DNA from: Thermoplasmata archaeon
GTDB lineage: Archaea; Thermoplasmatota; Thermoplasmata; Thermoplasmatales; GCA-001856825
DNA: 64,000 nt
Direction: 5' to 3'
Assembly: GCA_021817415.1 (NCBI GenBank)
Contig: JAKAUZ010000084.1
Span: 17,221 to 81,220 of the forward strand
Below are positions 43,875 through 53,257 of this stretch, one piece after another (the stretch's first letter is position 1; each line of letters starts with the position of its first letter). Made by a program: the position numbers and the translations under genes. Below the pieces are notes generated by a model that saw only the letters and a list, made by a program, of their open reading frames with translations, did no database searches and was not told the origin of the DNA.

Positions 43875-45309
43875 TTCAAAGGCAAAGGCATCCATAGTTG
43901 TGATGGCACTCACTGGTACGCTGATAATGTACGTTGAGACAATGATCACTCCAGCCCTGCCTATACTTTCCAAGTTTTTCGATTCTTCGTACGACTCCCT
44001 GTCGTGGGTGATAACCGCTTACCTCATTTCAGGAACGGCCTCAGCGGCAATCTTTGGTAAACTTGGAGACATTTACGGTAAGAAGAAGATTTTCCTGATC
44101 CTCTCGCTTGCTTATGCAGTCGCGATTTCATTTGGTGGGTTCGCCACCACTCTATCCCAGTTCATACTTGTCAGAACAGTGCAAGGGATGGGCATGGGTA
44201 TGATTCCTGTTGCTTTCGCGCTTCTGAACGACGAACTTCCCAAGAAGGACCTTCCGCTCGCCCAGGGGATAATATCGGCGACCTTCACTGTAGGGGCATC
44301 GCTGGGACTGGTGATAGGAGCATGGATCACGCAGAACTATGACTGGCAGTGGTCATATCATTCAGCCATTCCAGTTGCGTTCGGGCTGCTGATAGCAGCC
44401 TTCTTCATATTGCAGGAGTCCCCCGTCAGGGAGAAGGAAAGGATAGATTTTGGCGGCGTATTTCTTCTGATTACAGGTGTAGTCTCCGTCCTTCTCCTGC
44501 TGTCAGAAGGGCAGTACTGGGGATGGGTGTCAACTATAAGCTTTTCAATGGGCCTGCTGTCTCTGGGAAGTTTTGTGATGTTCATACTATATGAGTCCAC
44601 AATAGAGGAACCGTTCATCAATCTCAATCTGCTGAAAATCAGGAATGTATTCATGGCCAATATTGGAGGACTGCTGGTTTCTGGAGGGATGTTCTATCTT
44701 TTCTTCACTATCCCCCTGATTCTGCAGGATCCGAGCCCAACCGGATTCGGTAGGGACATCTTGAGTTCAGGGCTTGCAATGGTCCCCACAAGTTTGCTTG
44801 GAATAGTCTTCGCGCCAATAGGCGCAACCGTCGTGAAAAGACGGGGCCCAAAGACATCAATAATGATTGGAACGGTCGTTATGCTATTTGCTTTTATTTT
44901 GCTATATTTCAACAGGGGATCTGTTATGGCGATCACCGAAGATGCAGCCTTCATTGGGGCAGGGACTTCATTCGTATTTGTGGGAATGATCAACATGGTG
45001 ATCATATCAACCCCAAAGGAGGAGGTTGGGCAGGCAACTGGGATGAACACGGTCTTCAGAAACATAGGCTCTAGTATTTCGCCTGCCATCGCAGGATCAA
45101 TTGAATCGCAGGTGGTGATGCCCGCAATGGTGGGGTCGTACCCTTCTCCGTTCGGGAATTTACCTGTAACCCCGATATTCGGGAACTTTCCTTCCCCCGT
45201 TGCGTTTGATTACATTTATTTTGTTGGTTTTATCACGCTCCTCTTATCCTTGATCTTCACCGTTTCGATGAAGAAAGTAAGAGTCAATGAATCAAATGAG
45301 GTGGTCTAA
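43864..45309 (+). CDS. MFS transporter (drug:H+ antiporter-like, about 14 TM)
   Basis: 481 aa with GKLGDIYGKKKIF (motif A-like) and hydrophobic repeats. Confidence 0.7.
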   Translation: MAINSKAKASIVVMALTGTLIMYVETMITPALPILSKFFDSSYDSLSWVITAYLISGTASAAIFGKLGDIYGKKKIFLILSLAYAVAISFGGFATTLSQFILVRTVQGMGMGMIPVAFALLNDELPKKDLPLAQGIISATFTVGASLGLVIGAWITQNYDWQWSYHSAIPVAFGLLIAAFFILQESPVREKERIDFGGVFLLITGVVSVLLLLSEGQYWGWVSTISFSMGLLSLGSFVMFILYESTIEEPFINLNLLKIRNVFMANIGGLLVSGGMFYLFFTIPLILQDPSPTGFGRDILSSGLAMVPTSLLGIVFAPIGATVVKRRGPKTSIMIGTVVMLFAFILLYFNRGSVMAITEDAAFIGAGTSFVFVGMINMVIISTPKEEVGQATGMNTVFRNIGSSISPAIAGSIESQVVMPAMVGSYPSPFGNLPVTPIFGNFPSPVAFDYIYFVGFITLLLSLIFTVSMKKVRVNESNEVV

Positions 45310-47226
45310 ATGAAGAAAATATTGCTTGTTCTGGCAATTGCCGCAATTTTGGTGTCTGCAATCCCTACTACGATCGGGGCTTCATCCCCGCTTGTTGTGG
45401 AGGAAGTGAACTGGTTCTCGCTGAACAATACCGTTCGGGTTGCTCCCGGCTATACCAACGTACCGATGGTGGCAGAAATAGTGCTTGAAACAGCGTCTAG
45501 CGTATACAACCTGAATATTTCATTCAATTTCACCCAATACGAAAAGGGCATCTTTTCATACAGTTACGTCCACGGGGAGAACAGGAACTTAAGGGACTAT
45601 TATGATTTCCCGATTGCATCTCCCGGGGAAACCTTTACCATATACCAGCTGACAAATATCTCACCATCGGCTCCTTCAGGAATGTATTCGGTCGCGGTGG
45701 ACTATTCTTACGTTGCTGGAAACAGTACGGTTTCAGGGTACACAACAGGGACGATAGCTCTTCTTGGGAGTGTGGACATACTCCCGCAGGCAGCATATTT
45801 CGGCACTCCGGGAAATCCTATACAGGCTACTGCCTATATGGGTGAAGTGCCAGTCACCGTTTATCTGGAGAATAACGGCAATTCTCCAGCGACAAACGTA
45901 ACTGTGTCATATACCCCACAGTCACCACTTAACGGACAAAGTTCAACCGAAGTAGTACCTGCGATTCCATCTTATTATTCCATTCCTGTGACCTTCACAG
46001 TCAGTATAGGGGCTGCAAACACTACAGTAACCCAGTCATTGAATATAAGCTATTTTGGAATGACCCATACTGCGAGTTTCACCCTCCGTCTTTCTGGCTA
46101 TCCGTATCTCATACCCGCAGGTTCCTATTTCAACACAGGTACGATATCTGCTGGCAGGGGGATGAATAATGTGCCGCTCACTTTCTACATTGAGGATGAT
46201 GCGAGGGTTCCAGCCACAAATGTTTCGGTAAGTTATTCTCCAGCATGGCCTCTAACGGGTACCAACCAGAGCACCACTCTTTCCGTTATCCCACAGTACC
46301 AGGCCGTTCCAGTAACTTTCATTGTCAATGTAACCGGTAATGGAACTTCCTTCCTGCAGTATGTCTCAGTAACGTACAATGGAAGCAGCCACTCCCTTAC
46401 TTATAAAGTGATACTTCCAGGTTATTCCAACGTGACTGTCGTGAACTATTACACAAACCCACCATTCATATATCAGGGAGAGAAATTCATCATCCTCAAC
46501 GCAGTGATGGTGAACGGAGGAAACTCACCTTCCCCTCCACAGAAAGTGTACCTGACCAGTAACTATTTTAACGTATCAACGAGTCCATATTCCATTCCCT
46601 CCCTTTACCCGGGAAGAATACTAAATCTGACCTTCCTGATTTCTGCGGCAGAAAGGGTCGGTTACGCTCCAGTATATCTTCACATAAACAGCATAAACGT
46701 CACTCTGCCACTTACACTCCTCAGCAAGGGCTCATTAGTGATATCACACCCTGCCATCACGGTGTCTCCGGGTTCGAGCACCAATCTTTTCACATTTTAC
46801 GTCACCAATTCAGGTAAGGTAGCGCTTGTTGACATCAATGTGCACATACTCACCCCGGATATTCTATACATCGATGTCCCCTCTTCCAACCCCCTTGGAT
46901 CTCTCACAGCGAACAACTTCACATTTTCCCAGCTTAATCCCGGGCAGAGAATAGTTGTGACATTTGTGATGGATGTCGAATCATCTGCATCCCCAGGGAA
47001 CTATCCGTCTCAGCTCTTCCTCTCATACAGAACGAACAACTCCTCTGTGCCATTCTTCGTGACCAGCAATTTCAACGTGACGGTCCAGAATACAGCCATA
47101 CAGGAGATAACATCGACAACCACACTTGCTTACATAGTGATAGCTCTCGCAGTTGTCATAATAGCTGGATTCACCATAGTCATCAGACGGCTCAGGAAGA
47201 AGAGAGGCATCCAGGGCAAGAAATAA
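45310..47226 (+). CDS. surface glycoprotein with tandem CARDB-like Ig-fold repeats, a signal peptide and a C-terminal TM anchor
   Basis: Signal MKKILLVLAIAAILVSAIPTTIGA and anchor LAYIVIALAVVIIAGFTIVI followed by RRLRKKR. There are about 20 NxS/T sequons. The internal repeats YLENNGNSPATNVTVSYTPQSPL...IPVTFTV and YIEDDARVPATNVSVSYSPAWPL...VPVTFIV are about 108 aa apart, plus two more degenerate copies. The start abuts the MFS stop (TAAATG). Confidence 0.7.
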   Translation: MKKILLVLAIAAILVSAIPTTIGASSPLVVEEVNWFSLNNTVRVAPGYTNVPMVAEIVLETASSVYNLNISFNFTQYEKGIFSYSYVHGENRNLRDYYDFPIASPGETFTIYQLTNISPSAPSGMYSVAVDYSYVAGNSTVSGYTTGTIALLGSVDILPQAAYFGTPGNPIQATAYMGEVPVTVYLENNGNSPATNVTVSYTPQSPLNGQSSTEVVPAIPSYYSIPVTFTVSIGAANTTVTQSLNISYFGMTHTASFTLRLSGYPYLIPAGSYFNTGTISAGRGMNNVPLTFYIEDDARVPATNVSVSYSPAWPLTGTNQSTTLSVIPQYQAVPVTFIVNVTGNGTSFLQYVSVTYNGSSHSLTYKVILPGYSNVTVVNYYTNPPFIYQGEKFIILNAVMVNGGNSPSPPQKVYLTSNYFNVSTSPYSIPSLYPGRILNLTFLISAAERVGYAPVYLHINSINVTLPLTLLSKGSLVISHPAITVSPGSSTNLFTFYVTNSGKVALVDINVHILTPDILYIDVPSSNPLGSLTANNFTFSQLNPGQRIVVTFVMDVESSASPGNYPSQLFLSYRTNNSSVPFFVTSNFNVTVQNTAIQEITSTTTLAYIVIALAVVIIAGFTIVIRRLRKKRGIQGKK

Positions 47227-47245
47227 TTTTATTTTTTTCCATTTT
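47227..47245 (+). terminator. oligo-T archaeal terminator candidate after the surface-protein gene
   Basis: TTTTATTTTTTTCCATTTT lies directly after the TAA stop at 47224-47226. Confidence 0.45.
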
Positions 47246-47461
47246 CCAGGACAGATGCTTGCGTCGGGATTGGTCTGGGAAGCATATTCACGTGATAGTA
47301 TGGGAAAGGACTACACTGCATCATGCTTGCTGTATCATTGTTCTATTTCTGCTGTGGAACGGCCCCGCAGATACAAAAACGCCAGCAGATCCACTTGGAA
47401 CACAGGTGGAACAGCTGCCTTTTCAGAATGATTATATCCTGACCATTCATGCTTGTCTGTG

Positions 47462-47887
47462 ATGATTGACATTTCAGAGAAAGAAATAATTAAGCGGTCT
47501 GCGACGGCCTACGGGGAAATTCACCTCAAGCCATCAACAATCGAGTCAATCAGGAATGGAGAGATTAAAAAGGGGGATGTCATAGGAATATCAAAGGTAG
47601 CAGGGATATCAGGTGCAAAAATAACCTCAACTATGCTTCCTCTCTGCCATCAGATACCACTTGACGATGTCGAACCTACAATTGACATAAGTGGAGAGGT
47701 ACTGTCTGTCAAGTGCACCGTGAAGGCACACCACAAAACGGGGGTAGAGATGGAGGCGCTAGTGTGCGTCTCAACAGCTCTCCTGAATGCGTGGGACATG
47801 GTAAAGTACCTGGAAAAGGATGAATCGGGAAACTATCCGACAACCCGGATAACAAACCTCGGTGTTCTCGAAAAGAGGAAGGGTTAA
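47462..47887 (+). CDS. moaC: cyclic pyranopterin monophosphate synthase MoaC
   Basis: IISDKEIIKRSATAYGEI-type N-terminus, KGDVIGISKVAGISGAK, LPLCHQIPL, and GVEMEAL as read in the ORF. The start is the ATG at 47462 or upstream alternatives from 47453. Confidence 0.85.
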   Translation: MIDISEKEIIKRSATAYGEIHLKPSTIESIRNGEIKKGDVIGISKVAGISGAKITSTMLPLCHQIPLDDVEPTIDISGEVLSVKCTVKAHHKTGVEMEALVCVSTALLNAWDMVKYLEKDESGNYPTTRITNLGVLEKRKG

Positions 47888-47888
47888 A

Positions 47889-48362
47889 ATGGCTCACAAG
47901 ACGGATGATTTTTATAGCCTCAAGGTCAGAATAGTGACAGTTTCCTCTACCCGGTCCGAAATGGATGACATCACAGGAAAAAAAATGCAGAACCTGCTGG
48001 AGGGGGATGGTCTCGAAGTATCAAGGGAAATAATAAAAGATGACCCCACCGAAATATTGAGGGCATTCTTCTGCAATTTCAATTCTGATGTGTTTATTTA
48101 CTGTGGGGGGACGGGACCAAGTAAAAATGACGTGACTGTCCAGTCTGTCAGGAAGATTGCTGAAAAGGAAATGTCAGGGTTCGGGGAACTGTTCAGGTCG
48201 AGGTCAGGAGGTATTCTCCCATACCTTTCTAATGCATCCCTCTTCTCATATGGTCCTAAGGAGATATTCTGCATACCGGGCTCTTCCCAGTCAGTAGATA
48301 TCGCCTATCCCCTTATCAGGGAAATGATCCACCATCTTCATCATGAACTGATCAAGGAATAA
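47889..48362 (+). CDS. moaB: molybdenum cofactor biosynthesis protein MoaB/Mog family
   Basis: VRIVTVSSTRS..., DVFIYCGGTGPSKNDVT and IPGSSQS. The ATG lies 1 nt after the moaC stop. Confidence 0.8.
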   Translation: MAHKTDDFYSLKVRIVTVSSTRSEMDDITGKKMQNLLEGDGLEVSREIIKDDPTEILRAFFCNFNSDVFIYCGGTGPSKNDVTVQSVRKIAEKEMSGFGELFRSRSGGILPYLSNASLFSYGPKEIFCIPGSSQSVDIAYPLIREMIHHLHHELIKE

Positions 48363-48454
48363 CTCCTGCACCCGCAGCTTCCGTGGAATGTAACTGCAGT
48401 GGATCGCAACGGAATGGATACCGGATTCTAGAGTTCCCCCGGCCCGAAATGGAG

Positions 48455-50173
48455 TCAGTTGATTATCTCTCCCGTCCTGGGATCCAGATGGTAACCTGGG
48501 AAGTCACTCAGGTACCTTGAAGAATTCTTGAGCCTATCTATGAATCTCCTGCCCGTGGCTGTTCTAAGGAAATCCTTCGATGCCAGTATGTCATAATCCT
48601 CTTCCCTGAGAGGCTTGAAATCAAGGCTGAAAAGTTTAGAATAGAATTCTATTGATACCCCTGCATCTGCGCGGTGTTGCTTGACTGACCTTGCAACTGC
48701 AGCATGGCTTCTTGCTTCCCAGAAGTATCCCCTTATTCTTTCCTTCCTGAATTCCTTGCCAAGTTCAGACTCCAGATAGAAATCTATAAGGTCCCTCGTA
48801 CCTGATCCTGCATTCCTGTTCACGAACAGCAAGTCCCTGTCAACAATTTCCTTCATTGAGGAAACTCCTGTGGTTGATATGATTCCTTGAACTCTTGAAA
48901 AGCCTCTGATCAGGACAGCATTCTCCCTCAGATCCCCTGACATGACAAACCTGTTGTATTCCTCATCCCTAAGTAGATGGATGCCTGCGACGTCCGCCTC
49001 TCCCATCTCCATTGCCTTCACCCCTCCCCATGAGCCCGCATTCACAATGGTAGGATTGGAGGAGGAATCAAACAGTATTCTTTCGAGGAACGGGTCATTA
49101 CTTCCAATGCACAGGAGGTCTCTCTTCTCATTCTTGAGCCTGAGGAATTTCACCCTCTCGTCCCTGTCATAGAAATTCCTTGAACCAGGAATGACCAGGA
49201 GGCCATCGGCGTAGACGACTCTACTGAACGATCCAGAATCACCCAATATGGGGTATGCTCTTCCGCTCCTTCCGATTATGGCCGGAATGATGGTGTCCTT
49301 CCCTTTTTCGGAATTGATTCTGAATGCGAGCTTGACCGATACAAGACGCTTCCGATCCATAGAGAGCGCTTCTTGAAACGCTGGGACTACCAGGTAATAG
49401 AGGACAGCAGCGGCTGATAGTGGGAAACCAGGCATTCCTATGAGTAACGAATTCCTGAATCTTGCAAGAAACGTAGGCTTCCCCGGCTTGATGGAAATCC
49501 CATGGAAGACAATGTGCCCGCCCAGTTTCTCTGTCACTCTATACAGAAGATCGTGAAACCCTGCCGAGGTTGAGCCAGAGGAGATCAGGACATCAAATGC
49601 TTCCAGATTTTTTTGTAGGAATCTGATGGTCTTGTCCTCATCGTCCTCAATCTTGCCCAGAATTTCAACCTGAAGCTGGCCTATGGATTCGAGAACTCCC
49701 TTGAAGAAATAGGAGTTGCTGTCAAATATCATCCCCTCATTCAGGGAGTTACCCGGAGTCATCAGCTCATCCCCTGTCGAGAAGATACCTATCTTCAATT
49801 TCCGTAGCATTTTCACCTTGTCTATTCCCGTGGAGGCGAAAAGTGCAATGTGTTCAGGAGTCACCCTCTTCATTCTATTGGCAAGAACTTCACCGTAGAA
49901 GAAGTCGGATCCTGCATGAGCAATATTTTCTCCCGGCGCAACGCTCCGGTAAACATCGACGGTACTCCCGCTCCTTGAAGTGTATTCTACCATGATGACT
50001 GAATCAGCCCCTCTCGGAATCATCGCTCCTGTTGATATGTATGCTGCCTCTCCCTTCCCCACCGTAATCCCGGGCCTGCTCCCCACCTTCACTTCCCCAA
50101 CGATTTTCAATTTCACCGGAGAATCTTCCTCAGCTCCCGCTGAAGACTCCCAGTCGATGGCATAGCCGTCCAC
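48455..50173 (-). CDS. moeA: molybdopterin molybdenum/tungsten transferase MoeA fused to a C-terminal periplasmic-binding-protein-like (PBP_like) domain; 5' end unresolved
   Basis: MoeA core: DGYAI, ISTGAMIPRGADSV, IGIFSTGDEL, ISSGSTSAG, SIKPGKP and GMPGFPLSA. A C-terminal region of about 220 aa follows (LCIGSNDPFLE...AGIHLL...GSGTR). The conserved MoeA N-terminal segment continues in frame upstream of the called GTG up to 50356, without any ATG, GTG or TTG (see findings). Confidence 0.8.
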   Translation of the reverse strand: MDGYAIDWESSAGAEEDSPVKLKIVGEVKVGSRPGITVGKGEAAYISTGAMIPRGADSVIMVEYTSRSGSTVDVYRSVAPGENIAHAGSDFFYGEVLANRMKRVTPEHIALFASTGIDKVKMLRKLKIGIFSTGDELMTPGNSLNEGMIFDSNSYFFKGVLESIGQLQVEILGKIEDDEDKTIRFLQKNLEAFDVLISSGSTSAGFHDLLYRVTEKLGGHIVFHGISIKPGKPTFLARFRNSLLIGMPGFPLSAAAVLYYLVVPAFQEALSMDRKRLVSVKLAFRINSEKGKDTIIPAIIGRSGRAYPILGDSGSFSRVVYADGLLVIPGSRNFYDRDERVKFLRLKNEKRDLLCIGSNDPFLERILFDSSSNPTIVNAGSWGGVKAMEMGEADVAGIHLLRDEEYNRFVMSGDLRENAVLIRGFSRVQGIISTTGVSSMKEIVDRDLLFVNRNAGSGTRDLIDFYLESELGKEFRKERIRGYFWEARSHAAVARSVKQHRADAGVSIEFYSKLFSLDFKPLREEDYDILASKDFLRTATGRRFIDRLKNSSRYLSDFPGYHLDPRTGEIIN

Positions 50174-50348
50174 TTCCGACCTGTCGAAGGGAGGGATGTC
50201 GACGCTGGCCAGTACGTCCTCAGAAAGCAGCCCTCCGTTTGCTGACTGGAGAGGGATAAGATCAGTCTTCAGAAGCGATTTCAGCTGTTGTGCGATAACC
50301 TCTCTTGCCCCTGCCGGGGAGATGAGTGAATGGAAAATTTTTGCCGTG

Positions 50349-51542
50349 CTACCACCTCAGCATCTGTACATCCACCAGATTCCCCTCCTCGATCCCTTCA
50401 GAATTCTCATCTACAACCACGACCCCATCAGCGGAGACCATCGAGTATATTACTCCAGATCCAGTAGTCCTAAGGGGGGTAACATTCGGTTCATCATCAT
50501 TCCCCTCCAATCTCACCCTGACAAAACTCCTGAATCCAAGGGTATTGACGATACTCCTTTTCAGCCTCCCCTTCCTGATGACCCTTTTATTGAGACTGAT
50601 TCCGTACCATCTTGACAGCAGTTCTAAAATGACATTCTCTGCAGAAATGAGGGCAGCGACAGGCAAACCTGAGAGAATGAATACGGGTCTGCCTCCAAGG
50701 ATGGCAAGACCCGTCGTCCTCCCCGGCCTTATCCTCAGGCCATGGAAAATAATCTTCCCTTCCCTTTCGAGCAACCTGTGCAAGAGGTCAAATTCTCCCG
50801 GGCCAGATCCACCCGTCACGATGATCACGTCCTCGTCCATTTCCCTGATTTTCCTCCTGATTTCCTCCATGTCGTCTTTTACCGCACCATGCATAACCGC
50901 CTCAAGTCCAATCCAGTTGAAGAACCCATTCAGGAGCGGTTGGGTCGTGTTGATCACATTTCCGCTTATAAGCTCGTCTCCGGTTGAGAGGATGCCAACC
51001 CGCAAATTCAGTATTTCCACTTCCTCCACTCCAGTCTCCATTAACGCCGCGATGTGAGGAGGCACTATCCTCTCCCCTTTCCGGATTATCACAAATCCCT
51101 TCTTCAGGTCCTCTCCTCTCAGGCTGACATTCTGGTACTTCCGTGTTGGAGCGTACACACTTAGCAGGTTCCCCGAAACGGATGCATCTTCCAGCATGGC
51201 AACGGAATCGGCACCTTCCGGGATCTTCCCCCCAGTCGTGATCCTTGCGGCCTCCCCTTTCCCGATACTGAATTTCCCTTCTGTAGATGGGAGTATATCT
51301 CCAACTATAGTGAATGTGGAAGGATTGGTTCGGGACGATGATATAGTCTCCTGTGACCTCAGGGCATAACCATCCATTGCACTTCTGTCAAATCTCGGGA
51401 AATCAACCAGAGATTTGATTTCCCTTGCAGAGTAGTGCCCCAGTGCGTGAGGGAGATTGACCGCAACCACCCTGGCTTCTGGCCTCAGATTGGAGCTTCT
51501 CTTGATGGCTTCATCAAGCGGGGTGTAGGACTCAAGTTCCAT
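50349..51542 (-). CDS. moeA: molybdopterin molybdenumtransferase MoeA (stand-alone paralogue)
   Basis: FPRFDRSAMDGYAL, ITTGGKIPEGADSV, VGILSTGDEL, VTGGSGPGEFD, RIRPGRT and LSGLPVAA. The ATG at 51542 (MELESYTPLDEAI) is preferred over 51596. Confidence 0.85.
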   Translation of the reverse strand: MELESYTPLDEAIKRSSNLRPEARVVAVNLPHALGHYSAREIKSLVDFPRFDRSAMDGYALRSQETISSSRTNPSTFTIVGDILPSTEGKFSIGKGEAARITTGGKIPEGADSVAMLEDASVSGNLLSVYAPTRKYQNVSLRGEDLKKGFVIIRKGERIVPPHIAALMETGVEEVEILNLRVGILSTGDELISGNVINTTQPLLNGFFNWIGLEAVMHGAVKDDMEEIRRKIREMDEDVIIVTGGSGPGEFDLLHRLLEREGKIIFHGLRIRPGRTTGLAILGGRPVFILSGLPVAALISAENVILELLSRWYGISLNKRVIRKGRLKRSIVNTLGFRSFVRVRLEGNDDEPNVTPLRTTGSGVIYSMVSADGVVVVDENSEGIEEGNLVDVQMLRW

Positions 51543-51576
51543 GGATGAATAATTGTTGAATCGATATAAAACATTG

Positions 51577-52470
51577 TTAGTATGGGAGCTCAACAAGTTT
51601 GGAACTGTCTATGTTCAGGAAGGGCTTTCCCGGTTCAGGAGGAACGGAAGCAAAGTAATATCTTCCGTCGATTTTGAATCTTATTTTCCCTGCACCGATG
51701 CCCTCCAGTGTGTCGTATCTTATTCCCGACAAGCTGCTGAAAGTAATTGCGTCCCGTTCTATCCTGTAGTACTTTTTGTCAAGAACGACAAGATTGGTGT
51801 AGCCAATTAGTGAAAGTGTCCGGTAATGCCTGATCGTTTGCATCGAATCTACTGACTCAACCAGCTCCCCTCCATCAATTGATGTCAGCGTGGAGAATCC
51901 CCCCTCCAAATCCTTGTTGTTGTGGGTGGCATAGATATAATCGAAATTGTATTCTTCAGCAAGCTCATCAACAAGGGCCAAAATGTTAACCCTTGCGATC
52001 TCGTCCTGAAAAGAAAATGGCTCATCCATCAGGAGGACCCTCGGTTTTGATACGACTGCCCTTGCGACTGCCACTTTCTGTGCCTCCCCTGATGAAATCT
52101 CCTGGATCTTCTTGTCCAGCAATGACTCTATTTCCATCGATCTTATCAGCCTATCTACCAGACCCTTGTCCCCTCTTCCGTATCTCACAGATATCTCAAT
52201 ATTTCCCCTCACCCTCATGGTCGGAAATAATAGCAGTTCCTGGGGAATAAGTGCGATCCCCCTCTCCTCGGGTGCGATTTGCGAAATTTCCACCCCGTCA
52301 ATAAAAATTCCCCCCTCGCTCCTGATAAGCCCGGCCACCGAGAACAGAAAAGTCGATTTACCTGACCCATTTCTTCCTATCAGGAAATTTCTTTTTCCAT
52401 CCAGTCTCAGCTTGGGAACTTTCAGAAAAAACCCTCCACGCTTCACTGAGAAATCAACGAATTCTATCAT
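51577..52470 (-). CDS. ABC transporter ATPase, molybdate/tungstate-type (ModC/WtpC-like)
   Basis: Walker A LIGRNGSGKST, signature ISSGEAQKVAVARA and Walker B LLMDEPFS, with a C-terminal extra domain. Substrate is inferred from the neighbouring genes. Confidence 0.7.
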   Translation of the reverse strand: MIEFVDFSVKRGGFFLKVPKLRLDGKRNFLIGRNGSGKSTFLFSVAGLIRSEGGIFIDGVEISQIAPEERGIALIPQELLLFPTMRVRGNIEISVRYGRGDKGLVDRLIRSMEIESLLDKKIQEISSGEAQKVAVARAVVSKPRVLLMDEPFSFQDEIARVNILALVDELAEEYNFDYIYATHNNKDLEGGFSTLTSIDGGELVESVDSMQTIRHYRTLSLIGYTNLVVLDKKYYRIERDAITFSSLSGIRYDTLEGIGAGKIRFKIDGRYYFASVPPEPGKPFLNIDSSKLVELPY

Positions 52471-53257
52471 TTCCGCTCTCCAGTAATTTGACTGCAAACA
52501 GCGTAACAATCCCGCTCAGTATAAGAATGGATGACGAGGCCACTGCAGGTGAAAGTCCACCGCTGTTAATCTGTGAGTAGATGTACACCCCTGCAAGTTG
52601 AACCAGACTTGGAAAGATATAATAGGCAACGATGAGCAAGCTCCCGACTTCAGAGATTGATCTTGCCCAGGTCAAAACCAAACCCCTTAGAATTGATTTC
52701 CACATTATCGGGATGGCCACAATGAAGAAGCTTCTCGAAGCAGAGAGTCCGAGAGTCCTGGCCATATTTTCAAATTTCATCGTGTCCCTGGCATATGCAA
52801 GCTGGACTGATCTGATGGTATAAGCAGACGAAAGGAACAACAGAGTTACTATCACGGCGAAAAAGGTATCGTCAAACTGGTATCCCGGAATGATGCGTGC
52901 AATGAATGATCCAAGTGGCATACTAGGCTCCAGAAGAATGAGCATCATGACGCCTACTACCGTGTGGGGTATCATTATGGGAAGTTCAACCAGGCTATCC
53001 AGGGCCTTTACGGTCTTCGACCCGTTGCGGGAGGTGAAATAGACATACGGTATCGAAAATCCGACTGAGACCAAGCCCACAACCAGTGCAAGTAGATAGG
53101 TATAGTATATGCTCTTCCAGATACCAGACGTTCCGCTCCCGACCAAATAAGTGAAGCTCTGGAATGTAAGTATCCTGATGACTGGTGTCAAAATGAAAAT
53201 GATGTAGACAACGAAAAAGGGGAGAAATAGGTAGTAGAGAGTGTTTCCTTTTCTCAT
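52454..53257 (-). CDS. ABC transporter permease (ModB/WtpB-like)
   Basis: 267 aa with about 6 TM and an EAA-like loop region (ARTLGLSASRSFFIVAIP). Confidence 0.7.
   Translation of the reverse strand: MRKGNTLYYLFLPFFVVYIIFILTPVIRILTFQSFTYLVGSGTSGIWKSIYYTYLLALVVGLVSVGFSIPYVYFTSRNGSKTVKALDSLVELPIMIPHTVVGVMMLILLEPSMPLGSFIARIIPGYQFDDTFFAVIVTLLFLSSAYTIRSVQLAYARDTMKFENMARTLGLSASRSFFIVAIPIMWKSILRGLVLTWARSISEVGSLLIVAYYIFPSLVQLAGVYIYSQINSGGLSPAVASSSILILSGIVTLFAVKLLESGNDRIR

Noticed and set aside
47259-47462. 67-aa ORF in the moaC leader; the idea that the leader is a Moco riboswitch
   Set aside because: The ORF has implausible composition (MRRDWSGKHIHVIVWERTTLHHACC...). The Moco RNA motif is known from bacteria and I cannot match its conserved features by eye, so only the repeat and hairpin observation is kept.
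50326-51057. 243-aa plus-strand ORF
   Set aside because: It is antisense to the well-supported moeA paralogue. Its Ser/Pro/Leu-rich composition is typical of shadow frames.
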